64,000 nt of DNA from assembly GCF_021917145.1 (NCBI RefSeq), contig NC_061076.1, forward strand, positions 13,096,768 through 13,160,767, written 5' to 3'. Of the stretch, positions 12,591 through 26,056 are shown one piece after another; the stretch's first letter is position 1, and each line of letters begins with the position of its first letter. A program made the position numbers and the translations under genes. Below the pieces are notes generated by a model. The model ran no database searches. It saw only the letters and a list, made by a program, of their open reading frames with translations, and was not told where the DNA came from. Source of the DNA: Hypomesus transpacificus (Eukaryota).

Positions 12591-13861
12591 GTCCACTACA
12601 CATTAGACAAGAACATTTTCGAGCACTTTCAATACAAGATGTTAGACGTTAGAGTTGATATATATACATAATTGTGTGGGCAATGTAGCCTGGCTGCCAG
12701 CCCAACTTCTCCCCGCCCACAATTTTTTTTTTTCGGGAAGTTGGGTCTGGAGGGTCTCGTATTGGGGACAACTACAGAAAACCAGAATCGGGACGGACCA
12801 ATGAAATTGCCAGGGCGGGCTTTATACGATGATGGACAGATGATCAACAGTAACGTAATCAACAACGTCACGAAAGAGCGCTTGGGTTGAATTCGTTTTC
12901 AACAAACACGTTGCTCTGATTGGTTGTTGGTCTATCCAATTGAGCGAAGAGGCATTTGTTTTACGAGTTCGGTTGAAACACGCCCCGTAGTCACAGCCCA
13001 ACGGAGAGTTTTCAGACTCATATTCTGACTAGAATTATGAGTTTGACAACGTCAGGCTATGGGCAATGTAGAACAGCAGACAGATTTGAAATATGATCTT
13101 TTGTTTGAAAGTTATGGCCATTCTAGTGACGAGTGCTTAAAACGCCAGCTACGACTGTCATCATAGCTGCCATAGAACGGCGAAACCAGGTCACATAGCT
13201 AGCTACGTCTATTGTTCGTTACCTACAAACAAATGCTTCGTAACAAAATTTACTTTTTCTCGATGATATTTACAACAGAGGTTAAGGAACTTGTCTTTAA
13301 TCAAAAGATTGTCTCCATTTTAAATTTAAAGCAGTATCCAGCTTACTGTAGGACATCTCCCATTGCATCCTCTCTCTACCTTCTTCAGCTAAAGATGGAC
13401 GACAATTACGATGCATGCATTATTCACGCCTACGGTGTTAATACAGTCTAAAAATACCACTTTGACACACTTCCAAGAAATGATCCGCTGGTTAGATGTA
13501 GCATGATCTTATTTACCATAGCTTTTGCAGTTGTACAACAAAGTCACGTTATGTGACGAGATTGAATTTAAAAGTATAAAAAACTCACAAGGGACAACGT
13601 CTACATCGGCAATCCTGCACTATGGATTATTATTTTGATGTCATCTTTAAATTAAGTGTCTGAACAGGACTGGTTTTGCCGGCACACATGATAAGTTTCT
13701 CCTCCATCTTGAACCTAAAATCTAGATTCTAAGTTAGAAATGTTGACAGTGACCAACGAACGGTTGCTACATTATAAGAAACAAGGAACCGATCCAGAAA
13801 AAGCTCTTCACTGTTCCACTGTTCAAACTTTTTTCTGCTTCTACATCTTTCAATTATGAAT

Positions 13862-14665
13862 ACTTTTCAGAATGGGTTTTATTCGCCAAGAAACATCACA
13901 CAGACAAGGAATTTACTGTGGCAGGAAGGTGCACACATTAAACATATAAGAAGCTTAAAAAAGAAGGTTAGAAGTCTAACTAATATTAAGGGGCAAAAAA
14001 TGTAAAAGGGTTAGAATGAAATAACATATAAAATGGCTATAATACAAATAGGGCAACAGTGCAATATGGCAAGATGTCTTGTGCAGATAAAGTGATAAGT
14101 CGTCAAGTCAGTGTGAGTCCTTTGCCTTGTTGAAGAGGCCAGCAGCGGATGGGAAGGAACTGTTTGTGTGGCGTGAGGTTTTGGTCCTGATGGACCGCAG
14201 ACTTCTGCCGGAGAGGAATGACTGAAACAGAGTGTGTCCAGGGTGGGAAAAGTCGGCGACAATCTTCCTTGCTCGCCTCAGGGTCCTCGAGGTGTGCAGG
14301 TCCTCTAGGGTAGGCAGATAGCAGCCGATCCCCTTTTCAGCAGTACCGATGATACGCTGCAGTCTGCTCTTGTCCTTGGCAGTGGCAAATGTGTACCAGA
14401 TGGTGATGGAGGAGGTGAGGATGGACTCAATGATGGCTGTGTAGAAGTGCACCATCATTGTCTTTTGCAGGTTGAATTTATTCAGCTGCCGTAGGATGTA
14501 CGTCCTCTGTTGTGCTTTCTTGCTGGGGGAGCTGATGTTCAGTTCCCACTTGAGGTCCTGGGAGAGGATAGTGCCCAGGAAGCGGAAGGACTCCACAGTG
14601 TTGACTGGCGAGTCGCACAGGGTGATGGGGGTGACTGTCTGAAGAGCATTGAGCTCTAACATAAC
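13862..14665 (-). mobile_element. L2/CR1-clade LINE copy B. It is 5'-truncated, carrying only the ORF2 C-terminal region, 3'UTR and tail.
   Basis: Minus ORF 14108-14662 'LELNALQTVTPITLCDSPVNTVESFRFLGTILSQDLKWELNISS...FYTAIIESILTSSITIWY' is co-linear with the 26410-26871 and 37165-37821 copies. The tail at 13865-13935 is the reverse complement of the 4137-4213 tail. Confidence 0.7.
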
Positions 14666-15222
14666 GCTTTAACATTTATAAAATTAAATAAGATACCCTT
14701 TTCGTCACTCGATTTTCTCCTTTTTCAACCGCAGGAAAATATTGCAATGCATAACAATGACAGATATACTTTTAACACTGTCTCAGCATTTTGGTTTCAA
14801 AGCAACACTTTTTTCACCTTCATACTGCTGACATACTTCTGTCTGCTATGATATTGATAACTGGTATGCAATATACTCATCACTATATTTGCTCATTTTT
14901 CTAACTTCAATCTTTTTTTCTGTTTCTCAGTCTTTCATTCTTTAATACTTTTAACCTTTTTAATTGTATGAAAACAAATCAGATACTCTTTTCATCAGTT
15001 TTTTCCTCAATGTTCAACAGTAAGAAAATATCGCAATGCATAACAATGACATATACTTTAAAAAAAAAATCCTCACCATTTTGTTTTTAAAGCACATACC
15101 TCTTTTAAAGAAAATAGTTAAACCTTTTTCACTATTTAAGCCATCAAAACAATTGTTACAACTGCTTTCAGCAAACACGCATATTTTCTTCAGGAAATGT
15201 ACCTTCCCAGCTATATAATTAA

Positions 15223-16087
15223 TAGGGCTGTCAAGAGATTAAAATATTTAATTGCGATTAATCGCATTATTTCATATGATTAATCGCAATTAATCGCAAA
15301 ATTATTCAATCTTAAAGTTTTACCCCAATAAATGATTTTTTTTGTGGAAATAACATTAAACGGGAGTTTTATTCACTCACAAACTATACTGCTGTATAAT
15401 AAACATCCACAAAATTAGACTTATTAGTCATGAACATATATTTGCAACCATTTTCCTAATTGAAAGGGCTAGGGGTAAACTAAGGGCTAGGGGTAAGGGG
15501 TAAGGGGGCGTATTGGGATTCGGCCTTATTATGGAATATAAAATACATTTAAGACATGTTGTCTCATAGCCTATTACGATATCCTGCTCCATAATATTCA
15601 AATCTCACTCAAACATACTTCATATACTTAAACAACCACAGATTGACCTTAATATTGAACAATACAGTTTATATCTTGTTGAACCCAGTCAGCTGCTAAC
15701 TTCTTTTGCAAGTGTTGTCTGCCATATATTACCGGAGCGAACGCTGCTGCTGCTGCTACCGCTACCCCTAACACTGCTAATGCTGCTGCTAGCTGTGTGC
15801 TTTCCTTGCATGTAATATTTTAGGCTGGAAGTACTCCGATGATAACTAAACTCAGCCTGACAATCAGTAGGCTACACACAGCCTTAGTTTTGTCAACCGA
15901 GCCGTCTCAGAACTTTTTGAATGGAACTTCCCATCTAAAATCCCTCTCTCCATCATTCAGCTACCGTCTGCAGCCGAAATCATGTGACGACAGGTGATTC
16001 CCAGGGACAAAAATAAACCTGCGTTAACGGCACTTTTCTTTTGTCGCGTTAAAATGAGATTGCATTAACGCGTTAATGACAGCCCCA
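15223..16087. mobile_element. Non-autonomous hAT element (MITE-like, 865 bp) with 8-bp TSD ATAATTAA.
   Basis: Terminal inverted repeats tagggctgtc... (15223) and ...gacagcccca (16078-16087). An identical 8-bp ATAATTAA flanks both ends (15215-15222 and 16088-16095). Subterminal 'gcgattaatcgc'/'gcgttaa' repeats and no ORF. Confidence 0.75.
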
Positions 16088-16195
16088 ATAATTAAATTAT
16101 TGTTATAATTGTCACATATATATACAGTATATATATGTGGAAATTACATATTAGGTATATTTATACACTATATAAATAAATACATTAACTTATTG

Positions 16196-16525
16196 GGCAG
16201 CACGGTGGCTCAGTGGTTAGCACTGTCGCGTCAGAGCAAGAAGGTCTCTGGTTCGAACCCCGCTTGCTCCAGGTCCTTTCTGTGTGGAGTTTACATGACT
16301 GTGGGTTTTCCGGGTACTCCGGTTTCATATGTTGGAATGTTGGTGGTGGTCGGAGGGGCCGTAGGTTGATTGGTAGCCACGCTTCTGTCAGTCTGCCCCA
16401 GGTCAGCAGCTCTGGCTACAGTATCGGCATACCACCACCGGTTTGACTGTGTCTGAATGAATACTGGACTCTGTAAAGCGACCTTGAGTACTTTGAGTTG
16501 TAGAAAGCGCTATATAAGATCAAAT
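16196..16525 (+). mobile_element. tRNA-derived SINE.
   Basis: tRNA-like head 'ggcagcacggtggctcagtggttagcactgtcgcgtcagagcaagaaggtctctggttcgaaccccg' with A/B-box-like segments, then body '...tgtgtggagtttacatg' and tail '...aaagcgctatataagatcaaataa'. This matches a widespread teleost SINE architecture and is not a functional tRNA. Confidence 0.7.
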
Positions 16526-16589
16526 AATACATGTACATATTTCAAAATGACGTTTTTGTACAGACGATTATTTATTTCATGGGACTTTT

Positions 16590-18660
16590 ATTTCCTAATG
16601 CCACATATATTCTGAACATCACATTTATTTCTGTGCTGTATTTATTTCCAATCCTACATGCAAGCGAGAGGGGCATGGTTATCTTCAGACCAAAGCAGCT
16701 GCACAAGATCGAAGGCAGATAGGGACACCTGGATTTGAGAGATGATGGAAGACATAAGTGGTGTCAGAGATGGCATGCTGGCCTTACAAATCAAATTGAT
16801 CAGCATGGCTTGTCAGGGGACATCATTTTGGCCATCATTAGGTACATAAGTGCTCTACGGAACATAGACATTGATCACAACGTCTTAAATAGTTTGAGAC
16901 GCATCAAGCACTGTGTTCGTGTGCAAGACGGCAAGTGTAGAAAGCCACCATGGGGCTAAAGAGATTAATTCTTTTTCTGCTGTTTATCAAAGGGTTAAGC
17001 GTATTTTGATCTTATTGTCTGGGTTAACAGCGACGATCTAAGTATTAATTTGTAATATGTAATGTCATAAGGGGCTGTAATATTGTGGTAAATAGGGCTA
17101 TTGCCTCGAGACAACCCAAATTATATGATTAGCCTACATTTGGGTAGTGTGCCCACGGTAACCAGGTGTTTTCGATGAACCCAAAACAAAATGTTGCTTG
17201 AATGCCAAGGTAGTTAATAAATAAGTGACTGAAAGGATATTTGATCCATAAGCAGCTCACATTGTAAAGCAGCGGACTAACGATATAATGTGTTTTTGCT
17301 CCAGTGCGATCGAATCCCACTTCATGCTAATTGCAAAGGTTTCATTTTCTTAGCCTACAGCAGCAAATATGAGATGCGACCTGAAAATCGCCAGCAAAGT
17401 TTGTGAATTTGTGACAAATCTGGTGATAGAGGCAGATGGCAGCTGCTGCTGTTGGGTGAACGCACACCTGTGCTACAGGGAGCTACCTGTATGGGGGGTG
17501 ACAGGTACCCTTGCACGGCCGAAAAGTGTACAATGTAGACAAGCTTTGCCCACAATGTCTGTGTCGTCTCTGTCTTTTTATCATTGGTTCCCAATGGGAG
17601 TGATGGCGGCGACGTAGTACGTGTGGGGACTTACGACCTAGCGCCAAAGTTACCTTTGTAACCTTGCATTAGCTTGTGTGATGTGTAACCCGTAGGCAAA
17701 GCACTGCCACCGCTACGTCTTCCTTTAGATGGTATCTTAGCTATAACCGGTCTCAAATTTGCAACTGTAGGGTAAGTGGCTGGCTAACTATCAATGGGGA
17801 AATTATAAAAGGACATCATCAGTGTGGCTATTTCAGCTAGCTAGTGTTGGGCTTTATTGGCAGAGACTTGAACAGCCAAAGCCGTTTTGTCACTGACTGG
17901 TCATTAAAACGTTAGTTAGTGGTTATAGTGGTTTGATTTAATATTGAAGAATTACATAAATTAAAATATCTGGGAATGGGGACTGTGTACCGTGTTGAAT
18001 GGGTCTTGGTCTGGAAACTTCTTGGTTAGTTGCAACTTTTAATTTCCAATATTGACAACACGTTTAGAAACTTAAGGATCGCCTCACTTTTCAATTTGAA
18101 GCAGTAAATCCAAAGGTATGGGTAATGTCTTGAATGGTCTGGCTTCACTTCCGGTCTCACTAGATGATAATACCGGCATGGCATAATGGTGAGGCTAGAT
18201 AGTTATAGCTAGCTGCCTAGCGTAGCGGTGGCAGTGATTGCCTTCTTTGTTAGGCGTAGCGACAGTTGCTAGAATTGTTAACATTACCTGGCACTAATCA
18301 ACCCCCAAACTACCTGTACATCTTGCACATAAACACGGTGCTTGATAAGTCTCAAACTATTTAAGACTTTGTGATCAATGTCTATGTTCTGCACTTACCC
18401 GCCCAAGTACCTCTTCAATGTGTGCCAAAATTATGTCCCCTGACAAGCCATGCTGATCAATTTGATCTATAAGGCCAGCATGCCATCTCTGACACCACTT
18501 ATGTCTTCCATCATCTCTCGAATCCAGGTGTCCCTGTCTGCCTTTGATCTTGTGCAGCTGCTTTGGTCTGAAGATAACCACGCCCCTCTCGCTTGCATGT
18601 GGGATTGGAAATAAATACAGCACAGAATTATGTCATCTTGAAGACTGTTGGTTTGAAAAA
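16590..18660. repeat. Large imperfect palindrome (inverted duplication / foldback-like) with ~0.35-1 kb diverged arms.
   Basis: 16600-16960 is the reverse complement of 18330-18660; ORFs 16735-16959(+) and 18375-18623(-) encode the same peptide 'DDGRHKWCQRWHAGL..QIDQHGLSGDIILA'. Weaker inverted similarity continues inward ('cactgccaccgctacg', 'tagctataac'). Confidence 0.65.
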
Positions 18661-19685
18661 CCATCAGTCAAAATTACATTTGATTTATTGACACATACAT
18701 TTCGAGGCAATGTGGACAATTACATTTTCTTAATTTTTCATAAGTAAAAAAATTGGAAAGACATCAATTCTATACCTGTGTACTTAATTTGAGGTGAATT
18801 GGATTTACGGTTCGAGAGAAGAAGAATTCTTTAGGTTTTCCCAAATGTTCACTGTACAGGAAAATCCATTGTGTGGTGAATTAGACCTACTTTTATCCAT
18901 CCATCATGTATGAGGAATCACCTACTGCATCACAGGCACTGTACTATCTATCTATAATTCCAGAAATCTGTGTGTGTGTGTATCTCACTGACATAACTGA
19001 CTGCATCAAGGGCACTGTGCACTCGTGTTAGTAATTTTATACGGATAACCAAAATAGAGTAGAGGCTGGATTTCAAGTATTTCTATTTGTTACAATACAG
19101 GGCTGTACAGACAGTGAACGAGTGCAAGATTGCACTCACTGGTCGCTGGTCACTTTACATTGATACATTTCTCACTAGTCACTTTACACACTGTCACCTT
19201 CAGTTCATGATTGCACTACTTTACCCCACTTGTCTTAGGTTAGTATAGGTCTTGTCTAAAGGTCAGTTAAGTCTATAAGGTTAGTATAGGTCATTATGTG
19301 TTAGAGGTCTAGTATATTGTATATTGCATACTATTTTGTATATTTAGGAGGTTTATTATTTTATTTCTATTCTATTTTAGCTTATCATAGATGTAATCTG
19401 TTTTCTTAGTACTTATATGTTGTGTTATGCCAGGTTGCTCGCGTTGTCTTGTCCCAAGACTTTCAGTGCCCAGTCTGACATTGTGTTGTTCTGTGCACCT
19501 GACAATAAAAAACTTGAAACTGCAAACATTTCCGTCCATGTCAAAGACTAGGCATGTATGATGATTCACCTTATCTATGGGTTATTCTACAGATGCACCT
19601 AATTAATGATCTAGGGCTTGACTGAACACAAATGAAGCCACTTGCAAAACTCCCTCCCAATGTGTGCCCAACTATTTCCTGTCAG

Positions 19686-19883
19686 GGTGGTGTTTGGCCC
19701 AGAGATGGTGATGCTGGGACCAGACGAGCAGTTTACAGTGCTGTCCCTGTCGGGGGATAAGCCCAAGAGGGCTAACGTCATCAAGACCATCTGTCTGCTC
19801 CTGGGGCCTGACTTCTTCACTGACATCATCACCATAGAGACAGCAGACCATGCCCGCCTACAGCTGCAGCTCTCATATAACTG
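19686..19883 (+). CDS. mvp: MVP coding exon: (R)[65 protein letters not shown](W).
   Basis: Acceptor tgtcag at 19680-19685 and donor GTAACA at 19884. Phase is continuous with the previous exon across an ~18.6 kb intron. Matches MVP '[29 protein letters not shown]...[28 protein letters not shown]'. Confidence 0.9.
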
Positions 19884-21908
19884 GTAACAGAGTGTTAATC
19901 AATGGTAACAGAGGGACAGCGTGTGTTTAGTCTATGTTAATGTGTGTATATTGTAATGTTTAATGTGTAAATACTATATCACTATGTGTATATTTTATAT
20001 GACCACTTCTAACATCTGTGAACAACACCAGTATATTTTGTAAACCAAGAAAGAGCTAGAGGAGAGGGGGAGCAGAACGCCCAGATTTTGGGAGCCACCT
20101 GGTTGTAGAAGGCTATGGACAGGACATGTAGGGCAGGATTCAGGGGGGGGCTGGGGTGGGCTGCGCCCCCCAGATTTCTGCCGCGCCCCCCCCAAGCTCC
20201 TTCTGACTTCAGCCAAAATGGTTACATGTTGAAGCTATGAAAAAGTCTGTTAGTGCTTTCAGTATTGCTTTTTTATTACCAATCTGTTTAAAAGATTCCC
20301 CAGTGATTGTCTGGTTGATAATGGGCAACTTAGGTTAGAACTCCGCATCCACGTTTACCGATAAAAGTGAAATCAACCTCGAATCTCTTGCCACTCACTT
20401 GTTCTCAAAATTATTGTATATCGGTCTTTTGTGGAGGGCTTTTGACGAATGGTAAAGTGTAGCATTGGTGTTTAATGTTAGACCCTGGAATTTCATACTT
20501 CTTTTTCAGTTGTAATCTTTATTTGTTTTCATAGAATATAAACGGGTTAAAGACGTTAACAGTAGTCTTTTTGCTTTGTTAGCCATCGATTGTTCTTTGC
20601 GTGGGTGTTTGTACCTACAAAGAAAACCTTTTATCAGGCATCGATTTCTGATCCCCAAACCATCTACTACTGCCTCTGCGACAAGGGATATTAAACTCAT
20701 ACTCCAGAGCAGGCAGAGCTTGCTGGTCCTAGTGGAAGCACTTCCCTGTCTCTCGGTACCAACGTTACCGCTGCTGTGGGTGAAGGCGAGCATGGTTTGA
20801 ATCCAATGCAGCCTGTTCTGCAAACATTTTCAGCGCGTTTTCATCCAAGGTCCTAGGGCATCGCTCTCAAACTTGGTTAGAATACTCAGTCAAGCTACAT
20901 GCATATTTCTACTTCCCTTGTCGACAATTTGGAGCCAGAAATGATAGACATCACCTTCATAGACAAGGTTTTTACCAATTGGAAAACGGCGGCGGTTTAT
21001 TTTACATAGAGCTCAAAAAACTATTTTGCGCTCAAATGAAAGCCCAAAACTTTCGCTCATGCGCTGGGTGCGCTCGCACTGTAAAGGATCCTATCCAGCA
21101 TCAGATCAAACCCAGGATATGTCCTGGGTCTGGGTTAAGCCCCAAATGTGTATAACATCTGGCTCCGTGCCTGATTAACACTCGGATCTTTAAGCAGACT
21201 CAAAAATAATAAAAAATGGTTAATAAAATAAATTATACAACCCCCTTCCATAATCATGATGCCCCCCCAGTCAAAGCAGGCTGCATCCGGCCCTGAGGAC
21301 ATGGAAGCTCTTATCGGGTCAATTGAGTACAGTGGCCATTTTGACACCAAGATATCAGGAATAGTCACAAGGGAACCACAGTTATGACCAAGTGTACATG
21401 AGTGACTGGACGCTTAAGTCTGCAAATTTAGAATGTTGCAAAAAAAGTTAATGGCTGTTTTGGAGGAAATGCTCTACATGGTTGGCTTGTTTTGACCTTT
21501 GGGAATGTAACCAGACCATTTTTGTTGGGATGTTTTGCATAATTCGACAACTTCGAGACTTGTTAGGTGAGCAGTTTGCTTTCACTTTGTTTACGTGTTC
21601 GTGGTCGAACAAAGACGTTGATTGTGCTGTTGTGACTCAATCCTGAAATGGTTTACATCAGTAGAATCACAAGAATCGTAGCTTTCCAACGATATATGGC
21701 ATGTGTAGCACTCAAACAATATTTAGTTGTTTAGTACTGAAAAATCAGCCGCCGGGCCGTGGAAGGTTATTAATCACCGTACCAATATAAAAGCTTTAGA
21801 CCCATCAGCTCACCCAATTAATCTCCTTCCCATGAAAATAGACAACTGTTTAGACAACTGTTTATCTTCTAAATATATGTTGTCCCTTCTTCTTTCAATC
21901 TCTTTCAG

Positions 21909-22053
21909 GCATTTTGATATTAAATCTCGAGAGGATCTGGTGGCGGCTGCAGCTCTTTTCTCTGTGCCAGATTTTGTTGGTGATGCATCCAAAGCAATCG
22001 CCTCCCGTGTCAGAGGAGCTGTTGCCTCCGTGCAGTTTGACGACTTCCACAAG
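21909..22053 (+). CDS. mvp: MVP coding exon: (W)[48 protein letters not shown].
   Basis: Acceptor tttcag at 21903-21908 and donor GTCTGA at 22054. Matches MVP '[48 protein letters not shown]'. Confidence 0.9.
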
Positions 22054-22815
22054 GTCTGACAGTTAATAGTTGCCAGTTTAAACAAGTCCTTCTTGACAAT
22101 TTATTTATGTTGTTTTCTAGGTCTGTCTTTTACGGCAGCGTATTGCTGCCACACCAGAAAAGAAAAAAACGGATCAGTATCACATTATAACGTGATATGT
22201 TTCTTGTTATAACAACATGTGTATCACATTATAACAAGTTATTTTCATGTTACAACGTGCTGCAAACGTGGACGTTATAACAAAATAACAACTTGAAATA
22301 ACATGAATAGTTTAGTGTTATAATGAGAAGGGCTGGGAGGTAGATCCCTTCCCCCAGTATCCTGTTGTGAACTGTGCACTAGTTATAGGCACTTAATTGG
22401 CCTTTTGCAATGAACTACTATTACCATAGCCCAAAATACGGACGTACCACTGTTGAGATTTCTACGTAATCGCTGTGTACCAGAAGAGTACCTCCCACGC
22501 ATGGAACAAGAACATGTAAGTACATTTTTACTTAGGCCAGTTCTTGTAAAAACCTGTATTTTATTCCAATGTTACATTGTGCATGGTTAGCAAAAGTTAG
22601 CTAGCCAGCCAGCCTGAGTGGCACAGTCCAAAAGTGTAATCTTTTTACACTTCTTTCTTTTCTTGGCGCTTGCTCGATGAGAAAGTCACGCAACGCTATG
22701 TAATTAAGTTGAATCAGCTGCATAGTGTTGGTTAGGGTACCGCCATCACCAGAGTGAAAGCCGGTGCTTCATACACACAAATCGCTGAAGGCTGTGTTTG
22801 ATTTGTTGTTCCCAT

Positions 22816-24417
22816 ACAGTTCTTTGCAAAAGTATTGATCCCCCATGGCGTTTTTCTTATTTTGTTGTCTTACAACAATTTATTTTTATTTGGATTTCAT
22901 ACAATGGACATACACAAAATAGTTAAAAAATTGTTGAAGTGAAATGAAAAAAATAACTTGTTTCCAAAAATTCTAAAAAATAAATCACGTAAAAGTGGTG
23001 CGTGCATATGTATTCACCCCCTTTGCTATTAAGCCTCTAAATAAGATCTGGTGCAACCAATTACCTTCAGAAGTCACATTATTAGTTAAATAAAGTCCAC
23101 CTGTGTGCAATCTAAGTGTCACATGATCTCAGTATATATAGACCTGTTCTGAAAGGCCCCAGAGTCTGTAACACCACTAAGCAAGGGGTGCCACTAAGCA
23201 AGGGGCACCATGAAGACCAAGGAGCTCTCCAAACAGGTCAGGGACAAAGTTGTGGAGAAGTACAGATCAGGGTTGGGTTATAAAAAAATATCCAAAACTT
23301 TGAATATCCCACAGAGCACCATTAAAGCCATTATAAAAAAATTGAAAGAATATGGCACCACAACAAACCTGGCAAGAGAGGGCCGCCCACGGAAACTCAC
23401 GGACCAAGCAAGGAGGGCATTAATCAGAGAGGCAACAAAGAGACCCAAGATAACCCTGAAGGATCTGCAAAGCTCCACTGCAGAGATTGGAGTATCTGTC
23501 CATAGGACCACTATAAGCCATACACTCCACAGAGCTGGGCTTTACGGAAGAGTGGCCAGAAAAAAAGCCATTGCTTAAAGACAAAAAATAAGCAAACACG
23601 TTTGGTGTTCGCCAAAGGCATGTGGGAGACTCCCCAAACATATGGAAGAAGGTACTCTGGTCAGATGAGACTAAAATTGAGCTTTTTGGCCATCAAGGAA
23701 AACGCTATGTCTGGCGCAAACCCAACACTGCTCATCACCCCGAGAACACCATCCCCACAGTGAAGCATGGTGGTGGCAGCATCATGCTGTGGGGATGTTT
23801 TTCATCGGCAGGGACTGGGAAACTGGTCAAAATTTAAGGGATTATGGATGGCGCTAAATACAGGGAAATTCTTCAGGGAAACCTTCAGTCTTCCAAAGGT
23901 TTGAGACTGGGACGGAGGTTCACGTTCCAGCAGGACAATGACCCTAAGCATACTGCTAAAGCAACACTTGAGTGGTTTAAGGGGAAACATTTAAATGTAT
24001 TGGAATGGCCTAGTCAAAGCCCATACCTCAATCCAATTGAGAATCTGTGGTATGACTTAAAGATTGTACACAAGTGGAACCCATCCCCCCCCCAAAAAAA
24101 TATCCCAGTGTCTAGATGTGCCAAGGTTATAGATACATACCCCAAGAGACTTGCAGCTGTAATTGCTGCAAAAGGTGGCTCTACAAAGTATTGACTTCGG
24201 GGGGGGGGGGGGGGGGTCAATAGTAATGCACGCTCAAGTTTTTAGTTTTTTTGTCTTATTTCTTGTTTGTTTCACAATAAAAAATATTTTGCATCTTCAA
24301 AGTGGTAGGCATGTTGTGTACATTAAATGATACAACCCCCCCCCAAAATCCATTTTAATTCCAGGTTAAAAGGCAACAAAATTCTAAGGGGGGTCAATAC
24401 TTTTGCAAGGCACTGTA
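22816..24417 (+). mobile_element. Tc1-like DNA transposon, full-length (~1.6 kb). Both TA-flanked terminal inverted repeats are present and the transposase is lightly frame-broken.
   Basis: Left end 'tacagttctttgcaaaagtattgatcccc'; right end '...gggggtcaatacttttgcaaggcactgta'. ORFs 23210-23578 (HTH), 23622-23837 ('[11 protein letters not shown]') and 23844-24194 ('FQQDNDPKHT...EWPSQSPYLNPIENLW') together form a Tc1 DDE transposase. Confidence 0.85.
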
Positions 24418-24689
24418 CGTGACTATTGGGAGTCGCTTTGCATTGCGGATAAATAATAATCATCTAAAGAAGTTACAAAGTGCACAGATAGAAACTCAAG
24501 GCTCCAGTACAGTTAATACAGTCAGCCAAACCCTGCCAGAACACCACCTACCACTCTGTCTTTCCTTTCGGTGTGTGTGCATGAGCGTGTGCATAGTGTG
24601 GTGGGGGAGGGTGTTCCAGGTGTTCCCAGCTTTGTCTTGAGTTGTAATAATATTGTCTGTCTTCACAGATTGATGCGACGATCATTGAC

Positions 24690-26056
24690 TGTATGGACAA
24701 TGACTGCATATGGCAATCGAATAGCCGCAAGACGCTTCTGTTTGGAGAAACAAGGTGCAACAAAGTGCAAAACAATCAAAAAAACATTCATTGCTTGAAA
24801 AATTTAAGAAAAAGATGGGTATCGATGAGAATGATGATAGGAAATCTGATCATGCGGAGGCTTCTGCTTCAAAAGAAGAAAAATTACCCAAAAAACTATA
24901 AATGGGCTGAAAAGAAGACCAGAAAAGTTGAGGTGGGTGGATTCATGAAGGTAAACAAGTAAGAAAACACAGAGGTAGGGGAATAAGGACCCTTAAAATA
25001 CCCAAGGAGTCCAAAAAAGCTGACATGTTACAGTATGCTGAAGACCTTTTCTTCCCAAATGGGCAAAGTACATTTGGAAGATGTGAGACACTCAGTCATG
25101 ACATATTAGACTATCAAGAGGAAGCTGTATTTGATGAAGATACCACAGTTGGGGAACTATACACAGCACTAGGAATGGGAGTGTTAAGGTTCTACCTGTG
25201 TTACTAAGAGCCTGATAGATGACGATGATGGAGGACATGATGGGGAAAAATCAGATGGACACAAATGAATGAGATAAGCAAGTTACTCAAACCGTTGTCA
25301 TCCTGTCACCAGATTGGAAGTAAGTTGATGTGACTGCATTATTAGATGCAAATGGTGTCTCTGAAGATGTGTGTGCAGTATTTTGGGCAGAGTTTATGGA
25401 CCACACAGCTGAAAGGGAAGAACTTAGGGTTCCATCACTGTCTCCTAAATGGCAGGAAGAAGAGTGGAAATCAATTGTCCGAATTCTACTTCAGGGATTT
25501 CAAAACTATGGATACTTTCCCTGTCATCTTGCCCGTCTTCACAGTGGCACTTATTTTTGGTGAGAATGAAGTGTCAGATGAAATCCTGTTCGAAAGTCTT
25601 CTCCTGTACAGAAATCAGTCAGATAGAGATCTGATAACCGCTGCATTAAAGGAAGATTTTTTTGATGAGGACAGGGATGAACCACTTGATCTTTTGGACC
25701 GCTTGGATGCAACAACACTTCCAATACAAAGTAATTTGAAAGCCCTCCTTCTAAAAGTAGCGCACAAGCAGTTGATCCAAAAACCAAGATATGCAGCAGA
25801 TAGTGTTTCATTAGTTGCTAGCCACTTCTTAAAAGAAGCGTTTGTGAGGCCACAAGAAATGTATGAGGATAAAAAGAAGAAAGCTTTTGAAGTTGATGCA
25901 AGCATCTCCCAAAACCGTTTCCTGCAACAGTACACCCAAGGACTGTGTGATTGTTGTTTGTTGAATAGGCATGAAGCCAAACCAAAAGTCTTGAAAAGCC
26001 ATCAATATGCTCCACTTATGCATATAACATATGGCTTTAGTTTGTCAATGTGCCAC
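24690..26056 (+). other. Cluster of same-strand ORFs of unknown affinity (24693-24962, 25025-25207, 25330-25563, 25346-26116). The last is 256 aa long, but its 3' end runs into a Tc1 terminus.
   Basis: Long open frames in an AT-rich intron with no motif I can assign to a TE family or host domain. Example: '...ILFESLLLYRNQSDRDLITAALKEDFFDEDRDEPLDLLDRLDATTLPIQSNLKALLLKVAHKQLIQKPRYAADSVSLVASHFLKEAF...'. Confidence 0.3.

Noticed and set aside
12700-12990. Cluster of CCAAT/ATTGG boxes ('ctctgattggttgttgg', 'ccaattgagcg').
   Set aside because: No downstream exon or ORF; likely a chance occurrence within repeat-derived sequence.
16196-16270. tRNA-like sequence with A/B-box-like segments.
   Set aside because: It is the head of a SINE continuous with a ~250-bp SINE body and tail, so it is not a free-standing tRNA gene. 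The same applies to 26245-26300.
24199-24217. Poly-G run (19 G) and neighbouring poly-C runs.
   Set aside because: Homopolymer tracts internal to the Tc1 3' region; possibly an assembly or sequencing artefact, with no other functional evidence.
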